A stretch of 64,000 bases of DNA, taken from contig MCFH01000053.1 of the NCBI GenBank assembly GCA_002104945.1, forward strand, positions 1 through 64,000, read 5' to 3'. Numbering within the stretch: position 1 is the stretch's first letter; every line of letters starts with the position of its first letter. The position numbers were made by a program, and so were the translations under genes. The DNA is from Piromyces finnis finn. Lineage: Eukaryota > Fungi > Neocallimastigomycota. The notes under the pieces are model-generated. The model saw nothing but the letters and a program-made list of their open reading frames with translations, did not search any database and was not told the DNA's origin. Of this stretch, positions 15,725-30,823 are shown piece by piece.

Positions 15725-16488
15725 TATAACTGAAATGCTATATTTCAAATTATATTTAAATATGCTATATGTTTATTATTTATATTAATTACATAAATAA
15801 AAAATAGTTTGTATTTTTATATATAAGATGAATTTTCTTTTTAATAATTATCTTTTTTTTTAAATTTATAATAATTTATCTTGAAAACTGAAAACTTTAA
15901 AATTAAAAACTTTAAAATCTTGCTCTTTCTTTAAAAATAACAAAATATTATATAATAAAATTTTACCATTTAAAGTATTACAAAGCATCAAAGCATAAAA
16001 ACTTATTTTTAGGTTGCTTAAGCATTTAGATAAAATAAATTTCCATAATTGTAATGTAGCTTGAATTAAACAACAATATTACCCTAACCCACTATATTTT
16101 TAAAATTAAATAGGTTAATTTAATTTTGAAATTAGTTTTAAATAAATTAATATTTTCTCAAATTATTAAGTAAGATTTAAAAGAAAAGGTAAAATTCATT
16201 TTAAAAAAATCTATTTAATTTAAATATTAAAATAAAGTAAAATTGAAATGCTATATATTTTTTTTTAATTAATATTTAATTAATATCTTATTATAATAAA
16301 TATATATAAAATTATTAAATAATGTCACTTTTTTTTTTTTTATTAAATTAACATATAATCATGTTTTATATAAAGTAACATTTTAAAAATTGAAATATCT
16401 ATAATAAATTATATTTTTAAATTGATCATAGTTAGGTATTCTATAAAAATATATTATTATTAAGATAGAAATAAAAGCAAAAAAAAAT

Positions 16489-16981
16489 ATGGTAAATAAA
16501 AATTTTCAAATTATAAAATTTTTATTTATAAAGTACTTAAAATCTAATTTCTATATATAAATGTAGACTGAAACCTGTTGTATTAAAGTTAAACGCCAAA
16601 AGACTGTAATTTTTATTGAGGCATATGTAAGTGATACAATATTAACAATAAAAAATAAAATTTGTAAAGCTTTAAGAAATGAAAAAGAACCTTCAAATAT
16701 TCGTTTACAATTGGAATCACATAGAATACCAAATGAGCAATATTCAAGTTTAGATGATGATGCAACTATTGAAGAGTTAGGATTAAATAGCAACACCGTA
16801 TTATACATGACATTTTGGATTTCAAAAAATGGTATTTTTTTATTATAAAATTTTTATTTTTATTATTTAATAGTATTCTAATACTACTATTTAATTTATT
16901 TTATAAATTTTAAATGTTTAATTAGCTGGTACAGGAGAATGGGAATCAATAGATATCCCTAAATATGAACCAGCTGAATAA
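16489..16981 (+). CDS. Elongin B-like ubiquitin-fold protein (about 107 aa, 3 exons)
   Basis: Exons 16489-16491 (ATG only), 16567-16831 and 16926-16981, with GT-AG introns, give MTETCCIKVKRQKTVIFIEAYVSDTILTIKNKICKAL...IRLQL...LDDDATIEELGLNSNTVLYMTFW...GEWESIDIPKYEPAE. This matches the Elongin B pattern (xxKRxKTTxF...LxDxxTL). Absent from the ORF track. Confidence 0.75.
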
Positions 16982-17392
16982 CAGTAAAAAAAATGATTAT
17001 ATTGATATGAATGTTTAAAATTCAACAATTGTCATACTATAAAATATAGCAACAATAACAATAAAAGGAATGAAAAATGTGAAAATAAAATGTCAGAAAT
17101 TAAATTTTAATTCTCAATAAATTATAAATTAATAAATCATATCTATTAAATGAATTATTATTATTTTTTAATATATAAAGCAGATAAAATCCAATAAAAA
17201 AAATAAAATAAAATAAAAAATATATATATATATTAATAAAATTCATAAGTTACTTAAAGCTAGTGTAATATTATAGTACATATATGTAATTTATATAATA
17301 TTTAATATTTTGTTGATAAAAATAGTGTATAAATATTAAATGTTACTATTTCATTATTTCATTAATTTAAAATAGTTTTTTTTTTTTTTTAA

Positions 17393-18495
17393 TTAATTTT
17401 GAAATTCACTTTTTGTTGGAATTTTCTTTTAAATTTTTATTACTTGAAGTTGGAACATCGACTATTTGTGAGGAACTACTAGAGCTCTCATTATTTTCAT
17501 CTTCAATATCTTCATTTTCATCTGATAAATCATATTCATCTAAATCATCCCTTTATTTTTATAAAAGCAAAAAAACAGAACAAACGAAAATGATAAATAT
17601 ATATTTATAAACATATAATAAAATTATAATTTTTATGAAAAAACTTACCATAAACCTAATGATTTAATTTCATTCTTTTCTTTTTCTTTTTCTTTTCCTT
17701 TTTCTTTTTTATTTCCTTTAGAATATGCTGTTATGTAATAAGCAATAGTAAATAAAATAATAATAATAATACATATTCAATAATAAATTAGTTATAAATT
17801 AAATATATCGATTATATAGATTTTAAAGATTATTAGTAATGCATACCTTGAGAAACAGCTCCCTTGATATTTTCCATTATTTTATCATGATTTTCAAAAT
17901 ATTCCATATCATCAAATCTATGTCTTTTTTTCGTTTGAATATTTAAACCTTCTTCTATTTTTTTATCAATATCTTCTTTTCTTTTTCTTTTACGTTCAGA
18001 TTCTTTATTTAAATAATCAACTAATCTATTAATAATAAAAATAAAATCATAATTAGAACAATCTTAAAATTATAGTTGTATTATTTTTTAATTGTTATAA
18101 TTTAAAAAGAAATTTGATACATGCTTTGTAGCATCGTTAATTGTTTTTAAGCGTCTTCCTTGTAAATCACGACAAGATTCTACATTTGTGGTTTTTTTTG
18201 ATGACATTTTTCCACCTTGTGCTCTTAACATACTACCGAAACCTCCTTTTCCTCCTAAAATTGATACTGAAAGATTTGAGATTTGGAAATCATGATTTGG
18301 ACCGATTGACGTTATCAATTTGTCTTCATTTTTAAAATATTTTCCTGAATATGTTGATATTTTTTGTTCCTCTTTACTGATTCCATATATTTCTTCTACA
18401 TATTTTTTTAGATCACCAATTGTTTGAATTGGTGAATTATTAACATTAATGCATATTGGTTTCAAATTTCCAATTAAATTTAAAATAAAGCTCAT
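17393..18495 (-). CDS. SDE2: Sde2 ubiquitin-fold splicing/replication-stress factor (4 exons)
   Basis: An N-terminal UBL ends in the diagnostic LGG|[38 protein letters not shown]. Later exons give LVDYLNKE...[11 protein letters not shown] and an acidic GLWDDLDEY tail. Stop at 17393-17395. Confidence 0.93.
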
Positions 18496-19023
18496 TTTTT
18501 TTTCCTCTAATTTCTTAAGTAAATTTGGTGGAAAAATATCAAAATTGTATCTATAATATAAAAATTAATGGCTATATAAATTTATTTTATTATTATAATA
18601 TGTGAATATTTTAATTATTTCTTAATTTATTGAATAAACTTAATTATTAATTTTCAATGGTGAATAATTTAATTTTTTTTTTTTTTATAATTATGTAGTT
18701 TTTCAAATATTAATTTACAAATATTTAATTTTATTATTAATAAGATTTGTTATTTCTTTAATTACTTTAAAACAAATAAGGATTAAAAAACATTAATTTA
18801 GTATAATTCAATAAATTTGGTAAAAATGTCTATAACCAAAAATAATTACCAAGTTATTTTCTAACTTCTAATTTTTATTTTTTTTTCTATAATACTTTTT
18901 TTAAAAAAAAAAAATTAAAAATTTATAGTTAATACACAATTACAATTAAAATTTATGTTTTGTTAAATACATTAACAATACATTAACATTAACATATTTA
19001 TAATGTATACATTTATAGATTAT

Positions 19024-19429
<406 letters not shown>

Positions 19430-19850
19430 TAAATGTTTTTTTTTTTTTTTATATTTTTTACCAAATCTTATTTATTTATGTGTATAATACACATTTTTGC
19501 ATTTCTACTTGAATTAGTTATATTAATTATAATATTAATAAAAATTAAAAATTTAAAAACCAAAGGGCCTAATATATATGCATATTATTAATATTTTGTT
19601 GTTAAAATATTAATAAAGTTTACAAAGAATATTTTGTATATTTATGGTATAATTAATTTTTTTTTAAAAAAAAACTTAAATATATATATTGTATTTAAAA
19701 GATTTTACTATAGGTATCATAAGATTTTTATTTTTCTTTTTATATTGACAAATACTTGTTATTTTTTTATATAATATTTAGTGATACTAAATAGAAAGAG
19801 AAAAAGGTAAGAGATAGATAGAATAACTGATATTTATTATCTGTTTATTT

Positions 19851-19887
19851 AATAATAATAATAATAATAAACATAATAATAACAAAC

Positions 19888-19919
<32 letters not shown>

Positions 19920-19967
19920 CATAATAATAATAAACATAATAATAATAATAATAAACATAATAAAAAC

Positions 19968-20055
<88 letters not shown>

Positions 20056-20090
20056 CAACAACAACAACAACAATAATAATAATAATAATA
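19851..20090. repeat. Compound microsatellite: (AAT)n with AAACAT interruptions and an (AAC)n block
   Basis: Visible directly in the sequence. Confidence 0.92.
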
Positions 20091-20507
20091 ACCCCAATAA
20101 CAGCATTAATAAATGATAGTAACAACAACAACAACAATATTAATAATTAATAATAAATAATAGTAAAAATAATTCACGAATGATAAAACAAATAGAAAGA
20201 AAAAAGTATATGCTATAAATTATAATTTATATACATATGTTTATTTATGTAATGATAATATTTTCTTAAAGAATTATTATACTAATACTATAATACTTTC
20301 CCTTCCTATACTATAAAAAATACAAAATAAATGATAAATATAAATTTGGCAATATTCTTAAAAAAATATAAATGATAAATTAAACAAAATCTCTATAATA
20401 CATGAATAAACAATTTTGAAAATGTGAATAGAAAGTAATATTATTTTGAAATACTCAACAAATACTTTTTAAAAAAATATCTAAATATCTTGTTATAAAA
20501 GTCTATA

Positions 20508-21964
20508 ATGAGTGAAAGTATAGATTCTTTATCTTCTATGGTAATGAGAATTGCAATATTAATTTTTTTTATATAAGTATATGTATTTTAGAGAAACAAT
20601 AAATAAATATTCTTTATTTCTTTTATTTTATTATTATTTAAGTTCCCACAAATTGATAGGGACATTATCATAGCAGTAAGTTTTCATTATAATAAATTTA
20701 TTATTAAACTATTTTTTTTTAAAATTAAGACATATTTATTCTTATTTTAATTTAATAATTAAAAAATAATTAAAAAAAGATTTTCGATCAAAATGAAGGT
20801 AATGTTGAAGCTTGCATACCACAACTATTAGAGATTTCAGACCCTTCTTCTCAGCAAGTTAAGCCACAAACACAATCAGAAGTAGAATCAACAAGACAGT
20901 CTAATGTAATTTAATTTAAATAAAAATTGTTTTATTATTAATTATAATTATTTGTTTAGTAATATATAATTAATATATATATATATTAATTATCATTTTA
21001 TCTAATATTTTGTTTCTTAAACTTATTCAATATATATATATATAACTGCTATAAATAGGAAGACCAGATAAAAAAAGATGAAGAATTGGTAATTATATAA
21101 CAATTTTCTTAAAAATCAAGAATATATTTATATATTGATAATTGTTAATATTAATATAATAATTAATAATTCATAGGCTAGAAAATTAGCACAAGATATA
21201 AGTGATGAAGAATTTGCAAGACAATTACAAGAAGAAGAAGCAAGACAAAGACAAATGGGTAAATACAAATATAAAAATATGAATAGCAATAAATAATAAA
21301 ATATTAAATGTTATTATTTTTAATTAGAAATTGAAAGAGAAAGACAAGAACGTGAAAGAACAGAAGATAGTGGAGGTAAATTTTAAAATAAACTATTTTA
21401 TTAGAAAAAATAAAAAAAAAATTAATATTATTTAAATAAATACAGTAAATACAGCTCAAATTAAAGAAAAAATTACTGCAGGCTTTGAAAGTAAGCAATT
21501 TTAATATTTTTTTTTAATAATTTTTAATTAAAATTAAGTATAAAATTTAATATGTATAGCAATTAAGCAAAAATCTCGTGAGATTTATGAAAAAATTACA
21601 AGTAAGGCTAATGAACAGAGAAATATGAATAGAAATCAATATAGGTAATATAAAATTTAGGGTTTTTATATAAATGTGACTTCTAAGTAAAACTGAAACT
21701 AGGTTAATATATATACAGCAATTTACCAGATAATAATGAAGATTCTGTTTTATTAGGAAATGATTATCAACAATATAATTCAGGATCTAATCAAAATCAT
21801 TACTCATTAAATGGAAATGTTGATGAGGTAAATATATTACCATTGAAATAATAAATATATGAGTAATATTATTATTAATAAAATTTATTTTAAATAACAA
21901 CACATATATATATATTTAGGAAGAATCTCTTGACCGTAGAAACCCAAATTTCTCAAGACAATAA
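20508..21964 (+). CDS. Cue5-like CUE-domain ubiquitin-binding protein (10 short exons)
   Basis: Splicing GT-AG exons gives MSESIDSLSSMFPQIDRDIIIAIFDQNEGNVEACIPQLLEIS (CUE: MFP...LL), then DEELARKLAQ and DEEFARQLQEEE, then IKEKITAGFE, as in Cue5-like proteins. Absent from the ORF track. Confidence 0.8.
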
Positions 21965-22260
21965 TTAAATAATTTAAATTATGCAAAAAATTAAAATATT
22001 TAAAAATACAACTATAATAATAACAATAAAATCAAATAATAAAGTAACAGGATAGTACAATAAAATTAAAAAACTTTATTTAAACTTCAAAGAAAGAGTT
22101 AATATATCATATTTTATTATTTCTTTATAGTTTTATCTCTTTTAATTATATCTGAAAATGTTTTAACAATTTTAATAAAATAATATAAAACATCACAATA
22201 AAATGTTTATAATGTAAAATAAAAACAATTTATAAAATAATTTTATTTTTTGATGTAAAA

Positions 22261-22410
<150 letters not shown>

Positions 22411-23894
22411 ATTAATTATATCTTTTTTAGCTTGTATATATAGTAAAATATTCTGCTGTTTATTCAATTCATTTAATAAATAATATAAAATTACTTTTTT
22501 TTTTATATAAAAGAGATTTATGTATTTATTAATTCTAATAATAGTTACATTTATAATTAAATTAGTATAATGTACTATAACATATATGGAAATATCTTAA
22601 ATATAATGTACCACACTCTGACTAATTATATATAACTATACTTTGTACATTATTAACTAATTATAATATTTATATACAATAAAGTTATTATTCAAAAGGA
22701 AATATATAAATATATATAAATAGAAAACCAGTAATAAATTGTATAAATTGCTGATTTATTATGTAATTTAAATTTTTAATATTAATTATTAAATTTATAA
22801 ATATAAAAATTTTGTTATTTATTTTTTTTTTCTTTATTATAAAAACAAACAGTGAATAAAACATTAATAAATATTACATCAAAAAAAAAAAAAATAAGTT
22901 TTTTTTTTCTTTTAGCTATAATAAAATAATAATATCTAAATAAAAAATATAATAAATAACAGGATATTATCCATAAATATATTAAAACAAAATAAATAAA
23001 AAAAAACTTATTTTTTTAAATTTAAAAACCTTTACAAAAGATACATTTACACAATTAAATAATCTATTTATAAACAATATAAAGTAAATAAATAAGTAAA
23101 TAATAATAATAATAAAATAAATAAAAAAATATATAATTTTCTGTCGATTTTTTATTATAAATATTATTTGAATATATTAAAAAATCAATTTACATATTAT
23201 AATGATAATTAGTGAAATAAAAATATTTGGAATTTATAACAAAAACAAGAATACTAAAATAAATATATAAACGGTTAAAACGAATATTAGAATTAATTTA
23301 TAAATAGAAAGCAAATGATAGATAAAGAACATAAACAAAACTGAAATTAAAAATAAACATCAATAATAAAAGTTATTAATTATAAAACATTACTATCATA
23401 TAAAAGTATTGATTAATATTTTTTTCTTTGTTTATTTTCGGATATTTAAAAAATAATCACAAGTAAATTTAAAATAATATTGGATATTATGCATAGAATA
23501 TCAAATATTGCTTAAGATGTATAATACTTTAAATAGTAATATAAATATAAATATATAAATAACTAGATAAAAATAGGATTTCAATCAAAATAAACATAGA
23601 ACTTTTAGAAAGATATTTAATTAATTAAATTATATATATAAAATAATTAAAAAAAAAAAACTATTGTTTTTTTATAACAATAAAAGAGAATAAATAAAAA
23701 TTCAATTAGATATTAATGTAGAATAGATTATAATAATGTTTCAGTAATAAATTATTTTATATATTAAGTATAATTTTGAAATTAATTGTTTTAATTAATT
23801 ATACATTAATTTAAAAATGTATAGTCAATCATAATTATTAATATTTTTCTTTATTTCTTTATTAAATAACTTTTTATATATTTAACAGAAAAAA

Positions 23895-26800
23895 ATGGCT
23901 GATATATGTCCAATACGTTTTCAGGAGCATGTTCAGGTAAGAATTATTTTATTGTATAATTTTATATTGAAAACTATTAGTTATAAAATAATAATAAATA
24001 TATATATTCCAAATTAAAGCTCCAAGCTCTTGGTATTAATGCCTCAAGCATTAGTTTCAATACTTTAACTATGGAATCTGATAAATTTATTTGTATTCGT
24101 GAAACTGTTGGCGGTACAAATCAAGTGGTTATAGTAGATATGAATAATCCACAAAACTTAATGAGAAGACCAATATCTGCCGATTCAGCAATTATGAATC
24201 CAGCAACTCAAATTATTGCTCTTAAAGGTAATGAAAACATAAATATTAATTATTATTTATAATAAACAAACATTAATTTTTTTTAATAATATTACTTTTT
24301 AATTTAAATTATTATTAAAATAGCTGGAAGACAATTACAAATCTTTAATTTAGAATTAAAAACCAAAGTAAAATCACATGTAATGAATGAAGATGTTATT
24401 TACTGGAAGTGGATTTCATTGAAAACCATTGGTATTATTACTGATAGATCGGTTTACCATTGGAGTATGGAAGGAAATTCTAATCCTGAAAAAGTTTTTG
24501 ATAGACATCAAAACTTAAATGGTGCTCAAATAATCAATTATAAAGTTGATTCTTCTGAAAAATGGGCTTTAATTATTGGTATTTCTGCACAAGTAAGTCT
24601 ACTAGTATTAAATATTTAATTTATCAATAAGTATTTTAGTTTACCATTAAATTAATTATAAAATATTATTTAAATGCTAAATAGGATGGTCGTGTTGTTG
24701 GTACTATGCAATTATATTCAACTGAAAGACGTGTTAGTCAAATTTTAGAAGGTCATGCTGCTGCTTTCGCAAATATTACATTAGATGGTGCTACTTCACC
24801 AACTAGTTTATTCGCTTTTTCTGTTAGAAATGCAAAATTTGCCAAATTACACATAATTGAAATTGATCATAAAGAAGGTAACCCAACATTCCAAAAGCGT
24901 GCTGTTGATGTATTCTATCCACCAGAAGCTGCCAATGATTTCCCAGTCGCTATGCAAATTAGTCAGCGTTATGACATTATTTACTTAGTAACCAAGTATG
25001 GTTTCATTCATTTATATGATTTAGAAACTGGTACTTGTATTTATATGAACCGTATAAGTGGTGATACTATTTTCACTTCTGTTGATTTAGAAGCTACTAG
25101 TGGTATCATTGGTGTTAATCGTAAGGGTCAAGTTTTATCTGTTAGTGTTGATGAAAATAACTTAATTCCATATATTATGAACAATTTAAATAATGGAGAA
25201 CTTGCTTTCAGAATTGCTTCAAGAAATAACTTACCAGGTGCTAATCAATTATTTGTTGCTCGTTTCAATGAATTATGTAACTCAGGTAACTTCTTAGAAG
25301 CAGCTAAGGTTGCTGCTACTTCTCCACAAGGTATATTACGTACCCCTGAAACCATTGAACGCTTCAAACAAGTTCCAGTTAATCAAGGTCAACTTTCACC
25401 AATTCTTCAATACTTTGGTATTTTACTTGAAAAGAGTGTTCTTAATAAATATGAATCATTAGAATTAACTAAGCCAGTTTTAGCACAAAATAGAAAGCAA
25501 CTTTTAGAAAGATGGCTTAAGGAAGATAAATTAGAATGTAGTGAAGAATTAGGTGATGTTGTAAAACCATATGATACAGTATTAGCTCTTTCTGTTTATC
25601 TTCGTGCCAATGTTCCAAATAAGGTTATTAACTGTTTTGCTGAAACTGGACAGTTCAATAAAATTGTTTTATATTCAAAGAAGGTTGGTTATCAACCAGA
25701 TTATTTATACCTTCTTCAATTAGTTTTAAGAACGGATCCAGATAAGGGTGTTGAATTTGCTCAACTTTTGGTTAATGATGAAAATAGTCCATTAGTTGAT
25801 TTAGAACGTATTTTAGATGTATTTACCTCTAATAATTTAATTCAACAAGCTACCTCATTCTTATTAGATGCCTTAAAGGATAATAAAGAAGAACATGCTA
25901 ATCTTCAAACACGTTTATTAGAAATGAACTTATTGAGTGCACCACAGGTTGCTGATGCTATACTTGGAAACAATATGTTTACTAGATATGATAAAGAAAA
26001 GATAGCTAAACTTTGTGAAAATGCTGGTCTTTATCAAAGAGCTTTAGAACATTACACTGATATTAATGATATTAAGAGAAATATTGTAAATGTTAGTAAT
26101 TTAAGTTCTGATTGGGTCATTAATTTCTTCGGTCATTTATCCCCAGAACAATCATTAGAGTGCTTAAGAGAATTATTAAATAATAATATTCGTCAAAACC
26201 TTCAAATTGTTGTTCAAATTGCTACAAAATATTCTGATCAATTAGGTAGTTCTAATCTTATTGAAATGTTTGAATCTTTCAAGACCTTTGAAGGACTTTA
26301 CTATTATCTTGGATCTGTTGTAAATTCAAGTCAAGATAGCGAAGTTCACTTTAAGTATATCCAAGCTGCTTCTCGTACTGGTCAATTTAAGGAAGTCGAA
26401 AGAATTTGTAGAGAAAGTAATTATTATGATCCAGAAAAGGTCAAGAACTTCTTGAAGGAAGCTCAACTTTCTGACCAATTACCATTAATTATTGTTTGTG
26501 ATCGTTTCAACTTTGTTCATGACTTAATTTTATATTTATATCAAAACAATAGTTTTACAAATATAGAGATTTATGTCCAAAAGGTTAATACTTCTCGTAC
26601 TCCAGAAGTTATTGGTGCTTTATTAGATGTTGATTGTGATGAAAATGCTATCAAGAGTTTATTAATGTCAATTCAAGGTCCTGTTCCAATTGATGGACTT
26701 GTTGAAGAATGTGAAAAGAGAAATAGATTAAAGTTACTTCTTCCATTCTTAGAAAAGAAACTCAATGAAGGTTGTATAGAAACATCTTTATTCAATGCTA

Positions 26801-29720
26801 TTGCTAAAATTACAATTGATACTAATAATAACCCAGAAAAGTTCCTTAGAGAAAATCAAGTAATTATTAAACATTCTATTATCATTATATATATTATACA
26901 TATTGAAATATTATATTATATTTATTTATTTATTTATTTTTTTTTAATTTTTATTTTTTTTTTTTTACAGTACTATGATCCAAAGATTATTGGTAAATAT
27001 TGTGAAAAGAGAGATCCATACTTGGCATTTATTTGCTATGAACGTGGTCAATGTGATACTGAATTACTTTTAATTACTAATGAAAATTCAATGTTTAAGC
27101 ATCAAGCCAGATACTTGGTAAAGAGACGTGATCCAAGTCTTTGGTCTCTTGTTTTAACTAAGAGCAATACTCATTTAAGATCTTTACTTGATCAAATTAT
27201 TGGTACTGCTCTTCCCGAAAGTCAAGATCCAGAAGATGTTTCTATAACTGTTAAGGCATTTATGACTGCTGACTTACCAGAAGAATTAATTGAATTATTA
27301 GAGAAGATTATTTTAGAACCAACTCAATTCAGTGATAATAAGAATCTTCAAAATCTTTTAATTTTAACTGCTATTAAATCCAATTCTCCACGTGTTATGG
27401 ATTACATTACAAGATTAAATAACTTCGATGCTATTGAAATTGCAAATATTGCTATTGCTAACAATATGTATGAAGAAGCTTTCACAATTTACCAAAAATG
27501 CAATCAACCATTAGAAGCTGTTAATGTTTTAATTGATAACATTAAGAATATTGATCGTGCTTATGAATTTTCTGAACGTGTTGACCTTCCACAAGTTTGG
27601 AGTAGTTTAGCAAAGGCTCAATTAAACAACAATCAAGTCAAGGAAGCTGTTGGTTCTTACATAAAAGCAAATGATCCAAATAATTATAGTGAAGTTATCA
27701 AGGCTACAGAAGCAACTGAAGATTATGATACTCTTATTAATTATCTTACTATGGCTCGTCTTCAATCTAGAGAACCAGCTATTGAAACTGAATTAATTTA
27801 TGCTTATGCTAAGACCAACCGTAACCAAGATATTGAAAAACTTATTACTGGTCCAAATGTTGCTCAAATACAAGTTGCTGGTGAACGTTGTTACAATGAA
27901 AAATTATATAGTGCTGCTAAGATCTTATTTAACAGTATCTCTAATTGGGCTTTCTTATCTACTACATTAGTTCATTTAAATGAATATCAAAATGCTGTTG
28001 AATGTGCTAGAAAAGCAAATAGTACAAAGGTTTGGAATAAGGTTAACGAAGCTTGCTTAGAAAAGAAGGAATTTAAGCTTGCTCAAATTTGTGGTTTAAA
28101 TTTAATTGTTCATCCAGAAGAATTAGAAAAGTTAATTAATTTATACGAAAGCCAAGGTTACTTTACCGAATTAATTGAATTACTTGAATCTGGTCTTGGT
28201 CTTGAACGTGCTCATATGGGTATGTTCACAGAATTAGCCATCTTATACTCTAAGTACCGTCAAGATGAATTAATGAACCACTTAAAGTTGTATTCTAATA
28301 GAATCAATGTTCCAAAGGTTATTAGAGCTAGTGAACAAAATCACTTATGGCAAGAACTTGTTTACTTATATAGTCATTCTGATGAATATGACAATGCTAC
28401 CAATATGATCATGGAACATTCTGCTGAGGCTTTCGAGCACAATAACTTTAAGGAAATTATTGTTAAGGTTTCTAATCTTGAATTATACTACAAGGCTCTT
28501 CAATTTTATTTAAATGAACAACCACTTCTTTTAAATGATCTTTTAGAAACTTTAACTCCAAGAGTTGACCATACTAGAGTTGTTCAAATGTTCCAAAAAT
28601 CTAACAATTTACCTTTAATTAAGCCATATATGATTAATGTTCAAAAGGTAATATATATTTAAAAATATATTTTTATTTATTTGAATTAATAAATGATATT
28701 AATTTATAATTTATAATATATTTCTAAAGGTTAATAATCGTGCCTTAAATACTGCTTATAATGAATTATTAATTGATGAAGAAGATTATGAATCCTTAAG
28801 AGATTCAATTGATAAATATGATAACTTTGACAATATTTCTTTAGCTCAAAAATTAGAAAAGCATGAATTATTAGAATTCCGTAGAATTGCTGCTCATTTA
28901 TATAAGGTAAAATTTAAAAAAATTATATTTTAAAATAAAGTAGTAAGAACTCGTAAAAATTAATGTAAATGAATATACTTTTTATTATAATAGAAAAACA
29001 GACGCTGGAAGCAATCTGTTACATTATCTAAGCAAGACAATTTATACAAAGATGCTATGGAAACTGTTGCTGAATCAAAAGATCAAGAACTTGCTGAAGA
29101 ACTTGTTAGATACTTTGTTGATTCTAAGAAATATGAATGCTTTGCAGCCACTCTTTTCACTTGTTATGATTTATTAAAACCAGATGTTATTTTAGAAATT
29201 GTATGGCGCAATAATATTAAAGACTTTGCTATGCCATACTTTATTCAAGTCATGCGTGAATATTTACCAAAGGTAAAAACTATATTTTTAATTATTATAT
29301 AATATATAAAATAATTAATACTTATAAATTATTATATAAAAGATTGACGAATTAGATAAAATAAATAAACAAAGAGAATTATTGGAAAAAGAAAAGGCTA
29401 AACAAGAAGGTGAAATAAAATTTATGAATATATTGAATTGTATAAATATGATTTATTGAAAATTAACATAAAATTTAATATTAATTTAATTATTCCCTCT
29501 TACCTCTTAGAAGTAAATGATGCACCAAAAGGCCCATTAATGCTTACTGTAAGTATTATTTAGTATAAATTTACTTAATATTTATATATTATTTTTTTTA
29601 TTTATGTTGTTTTTAAACTTTTTTTATTATAATTTTTATTAGTATCCAAATGACGGTGTTTCACAAACCTCATTAAATAGTGGTATTGGAGGATTCCAAG
29701 CTAATTTCCCAAGCTTTTAA
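23895..29720 (+). CDS. CHC1: Clathrin heavy chain
   Basis: Starts [12 protein letters not shown]. Contains [16 protein letters not shown] and [11 protein letters not shown] (beta-propeller), CHCR repeats ([26 protein letters not shown]) and the [11 protein letters not shown] trimerisation region. Several GT-AG introns; stop at 29718-29720. Confidence 0.99.
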
Positions 29721-30823
29721 AATCATTTAAATAATTTATAATCTATTCTAATATATAATATATGAAAAATATAATAATCAAATTTCAACTGAATTTTTAT
29801 AACTTTTTTTTTTTAAAATTATTAACAATACAATTTAATATACATTATAATATAAATATTACATATAATTATAATAACAATAAAAAAAAAAAAAAAGAAA
29901 GAAAGAGCCAAATGATATATATATATATAAACTTTAATAGAAATAAAACAAATATTTTAATAAAGTAATAATGAATAAATAAATATATAAAAATAAAAAA
30001 TAACTAATAAATAAAAACAACAAAAATAAATTAAAATAAATTTTGAAAAATATTTTTTTGAGAAACAGATAATTACAAAAAAAATAAATATAAATTTTAT
30101 TATAAAGTTTAATAATAGTATAACAATAAAACATACATTCGAGCAAACAAAAAACAAAATCTAATAAAAAGGAAAATAAAAAAAAAATTTACAAAAAATG
30201 AAAATAAAAATATAATAAACAAATAAAAACAAAAAACAAAAACGAAAAAACATAATAACAAAAAAAAAAAAAAAAAAAAAAAAAAGCAATTAAATATATG
30301 TATCATAAATATATATATATTTTATGTTTAAAAAATAAAAGTAGTAACAGAGAAATATTTTCGAACTATTTAATTTTCTTCTTCAAAATTCATTTATTAT
30401 AATTATTCACTGTTTTAAAATAATAAATAATTTTTTTTCTCATTTGTTTTAGAAGAAATTGAATATTTGAAAATATTGTTAATTAACCATAAATAGTAAT
30501 TAATATTTTTCTTTGCTTATATAAATATAAAGAAAGCATTGTAAAAATTAAATTGATATTAAAAAAAACAAAAAAACAAAAAAACAAAAAAAACAACTGT
30601 TTTCAATAAAAAATATTTTTATTATTATTTATTTTAGTATAATTGTTTAATTATTTATTATTAAAATTATATATATATATATATATAAAGTCTTTTTTTC
30701 TTTTTTTCTTTTTACTGAATTTTTATAATCTATAATAATAATGATAAATAAATAAATAAATAAATAAATAAAAAAAAAATTTACTTGCTAGTATACTTAT
30801 GTGTTTAATATTTTAATAAAAAT

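Noticed and set aside
16081-16090. ACCCTAACCC telomere-like motif (also TTAGGGTTA near 32020)
   Set aside because: Isolated sub-two-unit matches, not an array; expected occasionally by chance.
16551-16808. 85-aa minus-strand ORF
   Set aside because: Antisense to exon 2 of the Elongin-B-like gene, which has the homology and splice support.
29762-30306. Four short Phe/Lys-rich ORFs downstream of clathrin
   Set aside because: A-rich 3' UTR or intergenic low-complexity sequence; no motifs or splice-consistent structure.
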